Positions 39,248-49,906 of a stretch of 64,000 bases of DNA are shown piece after piece. The notes under the pieces are model-generated. The model did no database searches and was not told the DNA's origin. It worked only from the letters and a program-made list of their open reading frames with translations. Source of the DNA: Candidatus Woesearchaeota archaeon (lineage in GTDB: Archaea > Nanobdellota > Nanobdellia > Woesearchaeales > UBA11576). Position 1 is the stretch's first letter, and every line of letters starts with the position of its first letter. The stretch lies in contig JABGYH010000006.1 in the NCBI GenBank assembly GCA_018675335.1, forward strand, positions 17,464 through 81,463, in the 5' to 3' direction. The translations under genes were made by a program, and so were the position numbers.

Positions 39248-39471
39248 CTTATTTACCTCTTTTTTAAATTAAACAAATTTGAATCAATTATTAATAAATT
39301 ATAATATCAATCTAATAAACTAAACTAATTCTAGAGTATTTATTAAGTTTTTGCCTAAATAATCATAAATCAAACTAATTAATCGAAGGATATCAAAACT
39401 AGTGTACAAAATAATATACACCTAAAAAAAACAACCAACATTTATAAATTAAAACATTTCTTTCAAATATT

Positions 39472-40011
39472 ATGATTATAACAATAACCGGAGCACTAGG
39501 ATCTGGAAAATCCACAGTTGCAAAACTCATTGCAAAAAAACTTAATCTCAATCATTATTCTACTGGAGACTTCATGCGAGAAATTGCAACAAAAAGAAAT
39601 CTAACAATTTTAGGTTTAAATCAACAAGCAGAAACTGATAAAACTATTGACAAAGAACTTGATGATAGACAAATAAATTTGGGAAAAACAGAAGATAATT
39701 TCATTATTGATGCGCGCATCGGTTGGTTTTTCATCCCCCATTCAATAAAAATTTTCTTAGATGTTACCGATAACGAAGCTGCTAGAAGAATTTTTGAAGC
39801 AAATCGCAATGAAAAAAAATATAATACCAGCATTAACGAAACATTAGAAAACATAAAAAAAAGAAAAGAATCAGAAGTTAAAAGATTTAAAGAATTTTAT
39901 AATATCGACTATTACACTAAATCAAACTATGATTTGGTAATTGACACAACAAAAATATCCCCAGAACAAGTTGTTGAAAAAATATTAAATTTTATTAAAC
40001 AACAAAAATAA
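39472..40011 (+). CDS. cmk: Cytidylate kinase, archaeal type
   Basis: 'MIITITGALGSGKSTVAKLIAKKLNLNHYSTGDFMRE' P-loop. About 180 aa. Confidence 0.7.
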   Translation: MIITITGALGSGKSTVAKLIAKKLNLNHYSTGDFMREIATKRNLTILGLNQQAETDKTIDKELDDRQINLGKTEDNFIIDARIGWFFIPHSIKIFLDVTDNEAARRIFEANRNEKKYNTSINETLENIKKRKESEVKRFKEFYNIDYYTKSNYDLVIDTTKISPEQVVEKILNFIKQQK

Positions 40012-40069
40012 TTACAACCAACAATAACTATAAGTATGAACAACAATAAATAATTACGAACTGCAATAC

Positions 40070-41011
40070 TCATCTCCTGCGTTTTCTAGACCTTGATTTA
40101 ACTTGACTATCCCTCGATTTAACTTGACCCAATTCTCGTTTAATTATAGTATCAGCTAACTCATCAAGAGATGGACTTGTTTGAGGAATGGGTGCAAAAA
40201 CAGTTTGAACTCCCACGTCTTCTAATTGCGAAAAAATTTCTAAAGGTTTGGGTTTTATCATAGGAGGTTTATGTCTAAAATCAAATAACGTTTGAGGATA
40301 TGCTAAAACAAAATAAACCAGTTTATGTTGAGGAAATAATTCTTGTAATGGACGAAAAACTCTTTCAATTGCAGTCCCAGTAGAATGCTCATTATCCCAC
40401 GCATTAATTCTAAAACGAGCTTTTGCAGATGCCTCCCCAATTAATAAATACTTTTGATTTTCAACATGGAGATATGCAAGCCCATCAAGTTCTGTTGTTT
40501 GAACACTATATGATTCTTGCAAATAAAATTCTGCAGGACTAGAACCATTACTTCTCAAAATAACAAATGATGTTGGACCATTATGTTTTAAAATAAATTG
40601 ACCATTAGACCTACAAACATAACCTCTTCCTCTTCCTTTTTTTAATTCAGAAATTACTCCTTTTTTAATTTCAGCAGATTCAGCACCTAATTGTTGTTGC
40701 ACATTAACAACTTCACCTAATGCATATTGCATCATAATTGATAAAACCCGCTCTCCTAAAAAGCCTTTCAAATTAGATTTAAATTCATCACCGCTAATAC
40801 CATTAAGCTCTTTTTTTCTTTGCCAAAGAATTAAATCTGACCTCCCATATAATAATGCAGAAATAGGTCCCATATGCGCATAACGAGAATAACCCCCATC
40901 TAAATTGGCAATTCTCAAGTCAGGATTTAAAACAACCTGAACTCCATGATAATATTTTCGAGAACGACTATGTCTAAAAACTCCTGGCGTAAACGCATCA
41001 AATGGATCCAT
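40070..41011 (-). CDS. Hypothetical protein with Ser/Arg/Lys-rich C-terminal tail
   Basis: 313 aa ending 'QVKSRDSQVKSRSRKRRR'. No motif assigned. Confidence 0.3.
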   Translation of the reverse strand: MDPFDAFTPGVFRHSRSRKYYHGVQVVLNPDLRIANLDGGYSRYAHMGPISALLYGRSDLILWQRKKELNGISGDEFKSNLKGFLGERVLSIMMQYALGEVVNVQQQLGAESAEIKKGVISELKKGRGRGYVCRSNGQFILKHNGPTSFVILRSNGSSPAEFYLQESYSVQTTELDGLAYLHVENQKYLLIGEASAKARFRINAWDNEHSTGTAIERVFRPLQELFPQHKLVYFVLAYPQTLFDFRHKPPMIKPKPLEIFSQLEDVGVQTVFAPIPQTSPSLDELADTIIKRELGQVKSRDSQVKSRSRKRRR

Positions 41012-41190
41012 AAAAAAATTTAACTCAGAACTTTATTTAAAGGTTATTGACCACTCAATTAAACGAAAATATTTTTATTTCTAAACTGATCATAATTTCT
41101 TTCCAAAACGTTTATAAGATACCATAAATTTAATTACAATAATATTCTTATTACTAAATACTATTTAATTAAGTTTATGAGGGATTCAAT

Positions 41191-41871
41191 ATGAGTGAAA
41201 AAGTGAAAAAAGGAGATTTCGTGGAGATTGAATATACTGGAAGCATCAAAGAAGGTGGTTTAGTTTTTGACAGTACTAGTGAAGAAGAATCAAAGAATGC
41301 TGGAACTTATAATCCTAAAATGATTTATGGCCCAGTTAAAATTTGTATTGGTCAAAAACAAGTAATTCCTGGATTAGATGAAGTTTTAGATGGCGCAGAT
41401 GAAAATCAAGAATCACAAATTACAATTAAAGCAGAAAATGCATTTGGTAAAAAAGACTCTAAACTTCTTAAACTCATGCCCGCGAGTAAATTTAAGTCTC
41501 AACAAATAAATCCTATGCCCGGACTGCAATTGAACATTGATGGCATGATGGCAACTATTAGAAGTGTTAGTGGTGGCAGAGTTGTCGTAGATTTTAATCA
41601 TCCCTTATCAGGGAAGGAAGTATTTTACAAATATAAAATTCTAAAAAAAATTACAGATCCAAAAGAAAAAGTTAAAGGTTACTTAGCTTTAATTTTAAGC
41701 GCTAAAGAGAACCAAATTCAAGTTTCAATTACAGATTCAAAAGCAGAAATAACGCTTACAAAAGAAATTCCACAAGAATTTTTAACTGAACAAAAAAATA
41801 AAATTATTGAATTAATTCCAGAAATTAAAGAAATTGAGTTTAAAATTAATAAAGTAACAGAATCTAAATAA
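41191..41871 (+). CDS. FKBP-type peptidyl-prolyl cis-trans isomerase (archaeal FKBP/SlyD-like with IF insert)
   Basis: 'KKGDFVEIEYTGSIKEGGLVFDST...GLDEVLDG' is the FKBP fold signature. Confidence 0.8.
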   Translation: MSEKVKKGDFVEIEYTGSIKEGGLVFDSTSEEESKNAGTYNPKMIYGPVKICIGQKQVIPGLDEVLDGADENQESQITIKAENAFGKKDSKLLKLMPASKFKSQQINPMPGLQLNIDGMMATIRSVSGGRVVVDFNHPLSGKEVFYKYKILKKITDPKEKVKGYLALILSAKENQIQVSITDSKAEITLTKEIPQEFLTEQKNKIIELIPEIKEIEFKINKVTESK

Positions 41872-42040
41872 AAATAAATTATTTAATTAAAATTTTTTAA
41901 AATAATATTTCATTTATATATTTTTTAAATGCTTTTTTCTAGTATAAAAAGCAATTTAACAAATTTTATAAACTTCAAGAAAATCATTTTTGAATGAAAA
42001 AGAGGCAATGTATATTAACTTCCTAAAGGGGGTGGGGTAA

Positions 42041-43162
42041 GTGGATAGTTTTATTCGTGAAGTAACGCAAAGGAATCCTGAAAATTCTCAAATTAGAAAA
42101 GAATCCTCAATCAAAAATAGTGTTGATGATGAGTTAGAGGAATTTATAAAAAAACAACCTGCACGTATCAAAGTAATTGGATGCGGTGGCGGTGGAAACA
42201 ACACGATTAATCGTATGAGTGAAGTTGGTATTCATGGTGCCGAAACAATTGCGATTAACACAGATGCTCAAGATCTACTTTATACTACAGCAGATAAAAA
42301 ACTTCTTGTAGGAAAAGAAGTTACTGCAGGACTGGGTGCAGGATCTCAACCAAAACTGGGTGAAGAAGCAGCCAAAGAAAATGAATCTGAAATCAAAAAA
42401 TTAGTTTCTGGTTCAGATATGGTTTTTGTAACTTGCGGTCTTGGAGGAGGAACTGGTACAGGTTCAGCTCCCGTTATTGCAGAAATTGCAAAAAAATTAG
42501 GAATCTTAACTGTTGCAATTGTCACAATGCCATTCTCAATGGAAGGGCAACGAAGATATGAAAACGCAGTTATTGGTTTAGAAAAACTTGAAAACATTGT
42601 GGATACATTAATTGTTATTCCTAACGACAAATTAATTGAGTTAGCTCCAGACCTGCCTTTAAAAACAGCATTTAAAGTTGCAGATGAAATTCTGACAAAC
42701 GCAGTTAAAGGAATTGCAGAACTTGTTACACGAACGGGTCTTGTTAACTTAGACTTCGCAGACATTCGAGCAATCATGGGTAATGGAGGAGTTGCATTAA
42801 TTGGTGTTGGAGAATCTGATACTGAAAATAGAGCAGTAGAAGCTGTTCAAAAAGCAATTACTAATCCACTACTAGATGTTGATATTGGTGGCGCTAATGG
42901 TGCTTTGATTAACATCCAAGGCGGACCTGACATGACTCTTGATGAAGCAAGAAAGATTGTTGAAGAAATTTCTGAAAAACTTGATGAAAATGCTAAGATT
43001 ATTTGGGGAGCTCAAATTTATGACGACTTAAAAGATATTGTAAGAGCAATGCTTATTATTACAGGAGTTAAGTCAAATCAAATTTTTGGACCTGGTAGAA
43101 GTATTTCATCTAAAAAGCGTAAAGAAATTGAAAATGAATTAGGAATTGAATTTGTGGATTAA
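42041..43162 (+). CDS. ftsZ: Cell division GTPase FtsZ
   Basis: '[13 protein letters not shown]' tubulin signature and '[16 protein letters not shown]'. GTG start preceded by a 'GGGGGTGGGG' RBS. Confidence 0.9.
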   Translation: MDSFIREVTQRNPENSQIRKESSIKNSVDDELEEFIKKQPARIKVIGCGGGGNNTINRMSEVGIHGAETIAINTDAQDLLYTTADKKLLVGKEVTAGLGAGSQPKLGEEAAKENESEIKKLVSGSDMVFVTCGLGGGTGTGSAPVIAEIAKKLGILTVAIVTMPFSMEGQRRYENAVIGLEKLENIVDTLIVIPNDKLIELAPDLPLKTAFKVADEILTNAVKGIAELVTRTGLVNLDFADIRAIMGNGGVALIGVGESDTENRAVEAVQKAITNPLLDVDIGGANGALINIQGGPDMTLDEARKIVEEISEKLDENAKIIWGAQIYDDLKDIVRAMLIITGVKSNQIFGPGRSISSKKRKEIENELGIEFVD

Positions 43163-43509
43163 ACCAAAACAAACCACACTCAGAATTCAAACAAAAATCT
43201 AATAATTCATTAATTTTTTTTATTTATTATCTTATTTAATTAATAAATCTAAATTTTAGTTATTAACTCTGAATTTCAAACATTTAAACACCAATTAATC
43301 AAAATTTGCTCTTTTTGATCTTAATTTGATAAAATAGGCTACAAATCCTTTTTTCTGGCCCAAACATTTAAAAACTAGATCAAAATATCTGAAAAAAAGG
43401 TTTAAAAAGGGAAAAAAATAAAAACCCTTATAAAAAAATCAGTTAATCATCATAATATAATAATAAAGATAAATATAATACTTTAAACAATTTATCATTG
43501 AGGTTTACT

Positions 43510-43695
43510 ATGGCAATTAAGGATTGGGGTCCAAAAATCAAAGAATTTTTAAAAGAGAATCGTAGAGTGCTTAAAATCACTAAAAAACCAGGTAAAGAGG
43601 AATTTAAAACCATCGTAAAGGTTTCTGGTCTTGGAATGATTCTTATTGGCCTTATTGGGTTTATCATTGTTATAGTTAAACAATTATTGTTTTAA
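43510..43695 (+). CDS. secE: Preprotein translocase subunit SecE/Sec61-gamma
   Basis: Single C-terminal TM 'GLGMILIGLIGFIIVIV' and 'EFLKENRRVLKITKKPGKEE'. Gene order secE-nusG-rplK. ATG with a GAGGT RBS is preferred over the upstream TTG. Confidence 0.75.
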   Translation: MAIKDWGPKIKEFLKENRRVLKITKKPGKEEFKTIVKVSGLGMILIGLIGFIIVIVKQLLF

Positions 43696-43705
43696 GGGGT
43701 ACAAA

Positions 43706-44176
43706 ATGTCTGATACTGAAATGCAAACACTAATTTTCGCTTTAAGAACTACTGCAAATCGTGAAGATCAAGTAATGGACTTCGTTTCTGCTAACTGCAG
43801 TAAGAAAAAATTAGAAGTTTACTCAATTATAAGACCTCACGGTATGAGAGGATATGTCTTTGTAGAAGCTAGAAGCAAAACTGATGCGGAACAAGCAGCA
43901 CATAACATTCCATATGCTAGAGGAATATTACCAAAAGAAATTAATTATGCTGAAATTGAACACATGCTTGAACAAGTTAAAAGAGATCTAAATATCAAAA
44001 AACATGATATTGTTGAAATTATCTCAGGACCGTTCAAACGTGAAACTGCAAAAATTACAAGAATTGATGAGTCTAAAGAAGAAGTAGTAGTAGAACTTAT
44101 TGAAGCAGCAGTTCCAATTCCAATTACTCTTAAAACTGATGCAATTAAAGTTATCAGAAGAGAGTCAGATGAATAA
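43706..44176 (+). CDS. nusG: Transcription elongation factor Spt5/NusG
   Basis: NGN domain plus KOW ('DIVEIISGPFKRETAKITRID'). Confidence 0.85.
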   Translation: MSDTEMQTLIFALRTTANREDQVMDFVSANCSKKKLEVYSIIRPHGMRGYVFVEARSKTDAEQAAHNIPYARGILPKEINYAEIEHMLEQVKRDLNIKKHDIVEIISGPFKRETAKITRIDESKEEVVVELIEAAVPIPITLKTDAIKVIRRESDE

Positions 44177-44206
44177 AATATAGATCATAAATAATGAGGA
44201 TAGAAA

Positions 44207-44923
44207 ATGGCTAAAGAGACTGTAGAAATTTTAATTGAAGGTGGTAAAGCTACAGCTGCTCCTCCACTAGGACCAGCTTTGGGACCTATGGGTGTTAATA
44301 TTGGGCAAGTTGTTGCAGACATTAACAAAAAGACAGCTAGCTTTAAAGGAATGCAAGTTCCAGTAAAAGTTAATATTGATAAAGATACTAAAGAGTACAC
44401 AATCACAATTGGTACTCCTCCAGCGTCCGCACTTGTTAAACAAGAATGTGGAATTAAAAAAGCAGCATCCAATCCTAAAGTTGAGCAAGTTGCAGATCTT
44501 AGAATTGAACAGGTCATTAAAATTGCTAAAATGAAAGAAGATGCACTTCTTGGAAAAGATCTTAAAGAAAAAATGAAAGAAATTCTTGGTACTTGTCGTA
44601 GTATGGGAGTTTATGTTGAAGGAGTTAGAGCTCAAGAAGCAATTGAATTAGTTAATAGTGGAAAATTTGATAAAGAAATCAAAGAAGAAAAAACTGATTT
44701 AAGTGTTGAAGAACAAAAAGAGTACGAAGAAGAACAAAAACAACTTCAAGACGACATTAAAAACAAGCGTGCTGAATATACACTTAAAGCTAAAAATATT
44801 TTAGCAACTATGAAAGGTAAATCTAATAAGGAAATTGAAGCTAAAATGAAAGAATCATTAATTCCTGACCCTATAATTAAGGAAAATTTACCTGACGAAG
44901 ATGCTAAAGCTAAGAAAAAATAA
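44207..44923 (+). CDS. rplK: Ribosomal protein L11 (uL11) with ~80 aa charged C-terminal extension
   Basis: 'PPLGPALGPMGVNIGQVV'. Extension 'EEQKEYEEEQKQLQDD...DEDAKAKKK'. Confidence 0.9.
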   Translation: MAKETVEILIEGGKATAAPPLGPALGPMGVNIGQVVADINKKTASFKGMQVPVKVNIDKDTKEYTITIGTPPASALVKQECGIKKAASNPKVEQVADLRIEQVIKIAKMKEDALLGKDLKEKMKEILGTCRSMGVYVEGVRAQEAIELVNSGKFDKEIKEEKTDLSVEEQKEYEEEQKQLQDDIKNKRAEYTLKAKNILATMKGKSNKEIEAKMKESLIPDPIIKENLPDEDAKAKKK

Positions 44924-45185
44924 TTAGCAAATATTTATGCTAATTAAAAATTTTTTAAATTAAAATTTTTTCATTATTTCTTATTTTTTTATTATAATAA
45001 CTTAATTCTAAAAAAAAACTCACTTATCTAAAATTTATTAGTTTACACTAGATTAGATGCTAACATCATCAGTAATACAATTAATCAACTTTGTTAATCA
45101 AACAAATTTGCATCAATACAAATATAATAATTAGAAATAACTTGAAAACAAAATAAATAAACTAAAATAAATATTGCTTGATAGT

Positions 45186-45308
45186 TTAATAATTGTATTC
45201 ATCGCTTTCTTTAAGATCAGTACCACATTCAGCACAGTACGCATCCACATCTGAAACATCAATACCGCAAAAGGGACATTCTTTTGGATCCTCTTTTTGT
45301 GTTGGCAT
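45186..45308 (-). CDS. Unlisted small zinc-ribbon protein (40 aa)
   Basis: Hand translation of the minus strand gives 'MPTQKEDPKECPFCGIDVSDVDAYCAECGTDLKESDEYNY': two CxxC knuckles. Absent from the ORF track because of its length. Confidence 0.4.
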   Translation of the reverse strand: MPTQKEDPKECPFCGIDVSDVDAYCAECGTDLKESDEYNY

Positions 45309-45529
45309 TTTTAAATTAACCTCTATTTTTCAAATAATATCTGATATTTAATTATTTTTTATTAATAAATCAAATTCAGTTGAATAACCAAAATACTAGA
45401 CTTCTATGTTTTTAAAAGTTTGTATTGTTTTAAAAACAAAACTCAATATTTAATGATACAAAAACATACTAACTTGAAACAACTCATTATCTATAGAATA
45501 TGAGTATTTATGCTTTTATCGCACTAATT

Positions 45530-46300
45530 TTACCTTTTAGGCTTAGCCCCATCTGAACTCATAGACTCAGATTCTAAAGAATCAACATCCACAGATTCAG
45601 TTTTGGCTTTTGCTTTCTCTTTAAGTTCTTTGAATTTTTGCTTACTCTTTTTGAATAGTTCAGATCCGAGTGACTTTCCTTCTTCTTCTAATACTTCTTT
45701 AGCAGTTATAATTTGTTTTCTAACAACTTCGCTCCATTCTTGTAAAACTAAATCAACATTAGAAATTTTACCTCCCCAACCATCTAAAAATACCATATCA
45801 ACTAAACGATATTTACCTGGTTTTTTTGCGTGTACTCCTTCACCCGAATATCCTATTGTTAGAATAACTTGAGGTCGTGCATATTTGGGAATATTCAAAA
45901 GTTTGGTTATTTTATCTTCATCAAAAGCCCCAACCCATGCAGTTGAAAGTCCTTGATCAGTTGCTGCAACAATCATATTTTCTGATGCTGCCGCAATATT
46001 TTGTATTGAATATAATTTTTCTCCACGTATACCATAAAATCTTTCTGATTTTTTAGGTTCCGCACAAATAATAATATGAACTGGTGCTTCTTCCATCCAA
46101 AATTGTTTCATGCAAGCTTCAGCAACCGCTCTTCTTTTTTGTTTATTAGTAACTACAATAAATTTCCAATCTTGCAAATTTCCTGCAGACGGAGCCATAG
46201 AACCTGCCAATAAAATATTACCAACTTTTTCCCATTCAATTGGAGAATTAAGATATTTTCTACAAGTACGTCTCTTTTCTATTGCTTCAAATGTTTCCAT
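45530..46300 (-). CDS. Nitroreductase-family (NADH/FMN) oxidoreductase with charged C-terminal tail
   Basis: 'IEKRRTCRKYLNSPIEWEKVGNILLAGSMAPSAGNLQDWKFIVV' is the nitroreductase fold signature. About 60 aa Lys/Glu/Ser tail. Confidence 0.75.
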   Translation of the reverse strand: METFEAIEKRRTCRKYLNSPIEWEKVGNILLAGSMAPSAGNLQDWKFIVVTNKQKRRAVAEACMKQFWMEEAPVHIIICAEPKKSERFYGIRGEKLYSIQNIAAASENMIVAATDQGLSTAWVGAFDEDKITKLLNIPKYARPQVILTIGYSGEGVHAKKPGKYRLVDMVFLDGWGGKISNVDLVLQEWSEVVRKQIITAKEVLEEEGKSLGSELFKKSKQKFKELKEKAKAKTESVDVDSLESESMSSDGAKPKR

Positions 46301-46521
46301 TATATTAAATCAGGATTATTTTGTTTATAAATGTTTTTAAAAAGATTATAGAAAATATTACTCAATTGTAAAAATTGTAAATAAACTAACCCCTCCTCCA
46401 ACATTTACAACTAATTTAATTTACAACTAATTTAAATTGCCAATTTCATCAACTAGATTAATATCAACCAAATTAATATCTAAAAAGATATTTAAATAAC
46501 TCTGATTTATCACTTTTTATT

Positions 46522-48324
46522 ATGGATTATTCAGAGCTTGCAAATCTTTATGAAAAAGTAGAACAAACTAGCAAAAGATTAGAGAAAACTTTTCTAGTCT
46601 CAAAACTATTAAAACACACAAATATTGACGAACTTGCAATGATTCTGTTACTTATTCAAGGGAAAATTTTTCCTCCCTGGGATGAACGAAAATTAGGAAT
46701 ATCAACAAAATTAGTTATCAAATCAATTAACAAAAGCACAGGAATTCCAAGTAACGAAATTGAAAATCAATGGAGAATACTTGGAGATTTAGGAAAGACT
46801 GCCGCAGAATTAGTAGAACACAAAAAACAAGTTACGCTTTTCCAACAAAAAAATACAGTAAAAAAAGTTTTTGATAACTTAAGAAAACTTCCAACTCTTG
46901 AAGGTTCAGGTTCTGTTGATAGAAAAATTGGTTTAATTTCTGAACTTCTTACAAGTGCAAGTCCAAAAGAAGCAACATTCATAGTTAGAAATGTTTTAGA
47001 AGATCTTAGAGTGGGAATTGGTGAAGGAGTACTACGCGATGCAATTACTTGGACTTATTTTGAAAACGAAATTAAAGCAAATTATGATCCAGAAACAAAA
47101 GCAATTACTCCTGATAATCGAGAAGAATATAACAAATATGTGGGCGCAGTCCAAGAAGCATTTGATATTACTAATGATTTTAGTAAGGTTGCAAAGATTG
47201 CAAAAGAACAAGGAATCGAGGGATTAAAAAATATTCAGTTAATACCAAAAAATCCAATTAAAGTAATGTTATATCAAAAAGCTAAAGATATTGAAGATGC
47301 ATTTGAACGTGTTGGAAGACCTGCAGCAATTGAATTTAAGTATGATGGATTCAGAATGCAAATTCATAAATCACTTTCGTCAGATACAACTGAGAGTAAA
47401 ATCACAATTTTTACAAGAAGACTTGAAGATGTAACTCCTCAATTTCCTGAAGTTAAAGAATATGTAAAAGAAAATATTACTGCAGATCAATTTATTATTG
47501 ATTGTGAAGCAGTTGGTTTTAATTCAGATATTTCAACTCAAAATCCAGAAAAAATAGAATATTTACCATTTCAAAAAGTGTCTCAAAGAATTAAAAGAAA
47601 ATATGACATTCAAAAAATGGCAAAAGAGTTTCCAATAGAACTAAACATTTTCGATATCATAAGCTATGACGGAGCTAACTTAACTAAAGAACATTTTACT
47701 AAACGTAGAGAAATTCTTGAAAAAATAACTAACCAAATACCTAAAAAAATTGTTCTTTCAAAAAAGATCATAACTGATAATAATCAAGTTGCTCAAGAGT
47801 TTTATGATAGTGCGCTAAAACAAGGTCAAGAAGGAGTAATGTTCAAAAATTTAGATGGAATATACAAACCAGGTAGTAGAGTTGGTTTTGGAGTTAAAGT
47901 AAAACCAGTAATGGAAAGTCTTGATTTAGTAATTGTGGGTGCCGAGTGGGGAACTGGAAAACGTAGTGGCTGGCTTACAAGTTTTACTCTTGCATGCATT
48001 GATCCTGATACTGGAGACTTTTTAGAAATGGGTAAAGTTGGAACTGGAATTAAAGAATTAAAAGAAGAAGGAATAAGTTTTAATGAAATAACTGAACTTC
48101 TAAAACCTCACATCATTCAAGAGAAAGGAAGAGATGTTAAAATAAAACCAGTTGTGATAATCGAAGTAAATTATGAAGAAATCCAAAAGAGTATTAATTA
48201 TAATTCTGGATTTGCATTGCGATTTCCAAGATTTACAAGACTTCGAGATGAAAGAGGAGCAAATGAAATAAGTTCAATAGAAGACATTGAAGAATTATTT
48301 CACTCTCAGCGAAGTAGAGGATAA
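46522..48324 (+). CDS. lig: ATP-dependent DNA ligase (archaeal/eukaryotic type)
   Basis: 'EFKYDGFRMQIH' adenylation Lys motif I. DBD, adenylation and OB domains present. 600 aa. Confidence 0.9.
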   Translation: MDYSELANLYEKVEQTSKRLEKTFLVSKLLKHTNIDELAMILLLIQGKIFPPWDERKLGISTKLVIKSINKSTGIPSNEIENQWRILGDLGKTAAELVEHKKQVTLFQQKNTVKKVFDNLRKLPTLEGSGSVDRKIGLISELLTSASPKEATFIVRNVLEDLRVGIGEGVLRDAITWTYFENEIKANYDPETKAITPDNREEYNKYVGAVQEAFDITNDFSKVAKIAKEQGIEGLKNIQLIPKNPIKVMLYQKAKDIEDAFERVGRPAAIEFKYDGFRMQIHKSLSSDTTESKITIFTRRLEDVTPQFPEVKEYVKENITADQFIIDCEAVGFNSDISTQNPEKIEYLPFQKVSQRIKRKYDIQKMAKEFPIELNIFDIISYDGANLTKEHFTKRREILEKITNQIPKKIVLSKKIITDNNQVAQEFYDSALKQGQEGVMFKNLDGIYKPGSRVGFGVKVKPVMESLDLVIVGAEWGTGKRSGWLTSFTLACIDPDTGDFLEMGKVGTGIKELKEEGISFNEITELLKPHIIQEKGRDVKIKPVVIIEVNYEEIQKSINYNSGFALRFPRFTRLRDERGANEISSIEDIEELFHSQRSRG

Positions 48325-48478
48325 AAAAATATAATTCTTAATAAAATAAACACAATAATTAAAATAATAAAAACAAAAATATAAAAAAAATATGGTAAAA
48401 ACGAATAATAAATATAATAAAAAAAATAATGATATCCTGCTAAAAGATTTTAAACAAACTTAAAAATGAGGTGTTGAG

Positions 48479-49075
48479 ATGATAAATAAAATAAAAGGTG
48501 TATTCGAAGTTGAAAAAAAACTTGATGAAATAACAAAAAAAGTAGAAGAACATACAAATACGGTTGAGTCTCATTCTAAATCAACTACTGATTTGATTAA
48601 TGAAATACAAAAATTAAAATCAGAAATTACAGAATTAAAAGATGAGCATAAAACAACTAATGATGAAATGAAACAGTCCCTAACACAAATAAATGAAACT
48701 AATGAAAATATGAAAAAAGAGTTATATGATCTTAAACTCATCAAGGGACAAATCAAAACAAATTTAGTTCAAGAATTAACTCAAACATTTAGATCAGATT
48801 TACAAGAAAGAACGCAAAAAATTGACGTCGAAATAAAAAATTATCAAGATGCAAAAGAAGAATTACAAAAAGTCTTATCACAAATTAATTCAGTTAACTC
48901 AGATATTACTAAGTTTACAAATATTTCAAAAAAAATTAGTGAAACTGATTTTAATTTAACTAATTACACAAAAGAAATTGTCAAAACTGATCAAGAAAAG
49001 CTTAGATTAATGTCAGAAATTGATAAACTTAAAACTTTATTATCTAAAGAACGCAGAAACAGACCAAGACATTAA
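48479..49075 (+). CDS. Coiled-coil protein, unknown function
   Basis: 198 aa almost entirely predicted coiled coil. Basic end 'KERRNRPRH'. Confidence 0.35.
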   Translation: MINKIKGVFEVEKKLDEITKKVEEHTNTVESHSKSTTDLINEIQKLKSEITELKDEHKTTNDEMKQSLTQINETNENMKKELYDLKLIKGQIKTNLVQELTQTFRSDLQERTQKIDVEIKNYQDAKEELQKVLSQINSVNSDITKFTNISKKISETDFNLTNYTKEIVKTDQEKLRLMSEIDKLKTLLSKERRNRPRH

Positions 49076-49108
49076 TATATGCATACACATATACAATACT
49101 AAATTTTT

Positions 49109-49906
49109 TTACTTTTTATTTAATCGTATTCTAGTTTTTTTTCTAACCAACTCAACACCCAAAAATCCTTTTTTAAAAAATAGCAGGAAACTAATCACAA
49201 TTAAAATTAATAACACAATAATTCCAAAAATAAACAAATATTCAATAACTCCTAAATTAAAACTAGCTCCAAATTTATTTGAAAGATTATCCGAATCAAA
49301 ATAAACAGATAAATTTTCTGCATCTAAATCAGATTCAACCATCAACAAATTATCAAAAACTTCTTCTGATACTAAAAAACTAGTGTTAATTAAACTGAAA
49401 TTATTACCCTTAACATCCGCATCGCCAACAGTAATGCCCTCAAAAACATTATCACTTGCAATTTGAACTCCCTCACTCACAACAATTTTTACTTTAACTC
49501 CTAAACTTGGAATTAAACCAACCAATTGTTGGGTAGAACTAGGTTTAATAATTAAAACACTTTCATATAATCCAAATTTCAAATCTGTTGGAATTGTGCA
49601 AGTTATCAAAACTTTTTGAGTACTATTTGCTTCAATAATTCCTTTTCGTGGAAAAAAATCATAACAATCAAAACCAGTAACAAGTATTTCATAACTTAAT
49701 TCAAACTCATTAGAATTAATCAAGACTATTTCTCGACCATAAGTTCTATTAATTACACTTTCTTCAAAAAATAATTTATTTGGACTTACGCCAATACTCA
49801 TCGCAAAAACAAAACTACTATTTAATAAAATTAAAACAAAAAAAGCCAACCAAAAAATAAATAAAAAATTAAAAAATTTTAAAATTTTATAACCCAACAA
49901 ATTCAT
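49109..49906 (-). CDS. Surface protein with N-terminal and C-terminal TM helices
   Basis: N-terminal 'FLFIFWLAFFVLILL'. C-terminal 'IEYLFIFGIIVLLILIVISFLLFF' plus 'KKGFLGVELVRKKTRIR'. Overlaps the upstream LTD gene by 4 nt. Confidence 0.35.
   Translation of the reverse strand: MNLLGYKILKFFNFLFIFWLAFFVLILLNSSFVFAMSIGVSPNKLFFEESVINRTYGREIVLINSNEFELSYEILVTGFDCYDFFPRKGIIEANSTQKVLITCTIPTDLKFGLYESVLIIKPSSTQQLVGLIPSLGVKVKIVVSEGVQIASDNVFEGITVGDADVKGNNFSLINTSFLVSEEVFDNLLMVESDLDAENLSVYFDSDNLSNKFGASFNLGVIEYLFIFGIIVLLILIVISFLLFFKKGFLGVELVRKKTRIRLNKK

Noticed and set aside
42346-44635. Antisense ORFs within ftsZ (42346-42777) and rplK (44185-44517, 44267-44635)
   Set aside because: They lie opposite highly conserved genes. 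The translations are Ser/Ala-rich mirror artefacts of the GC-rich sense codons.
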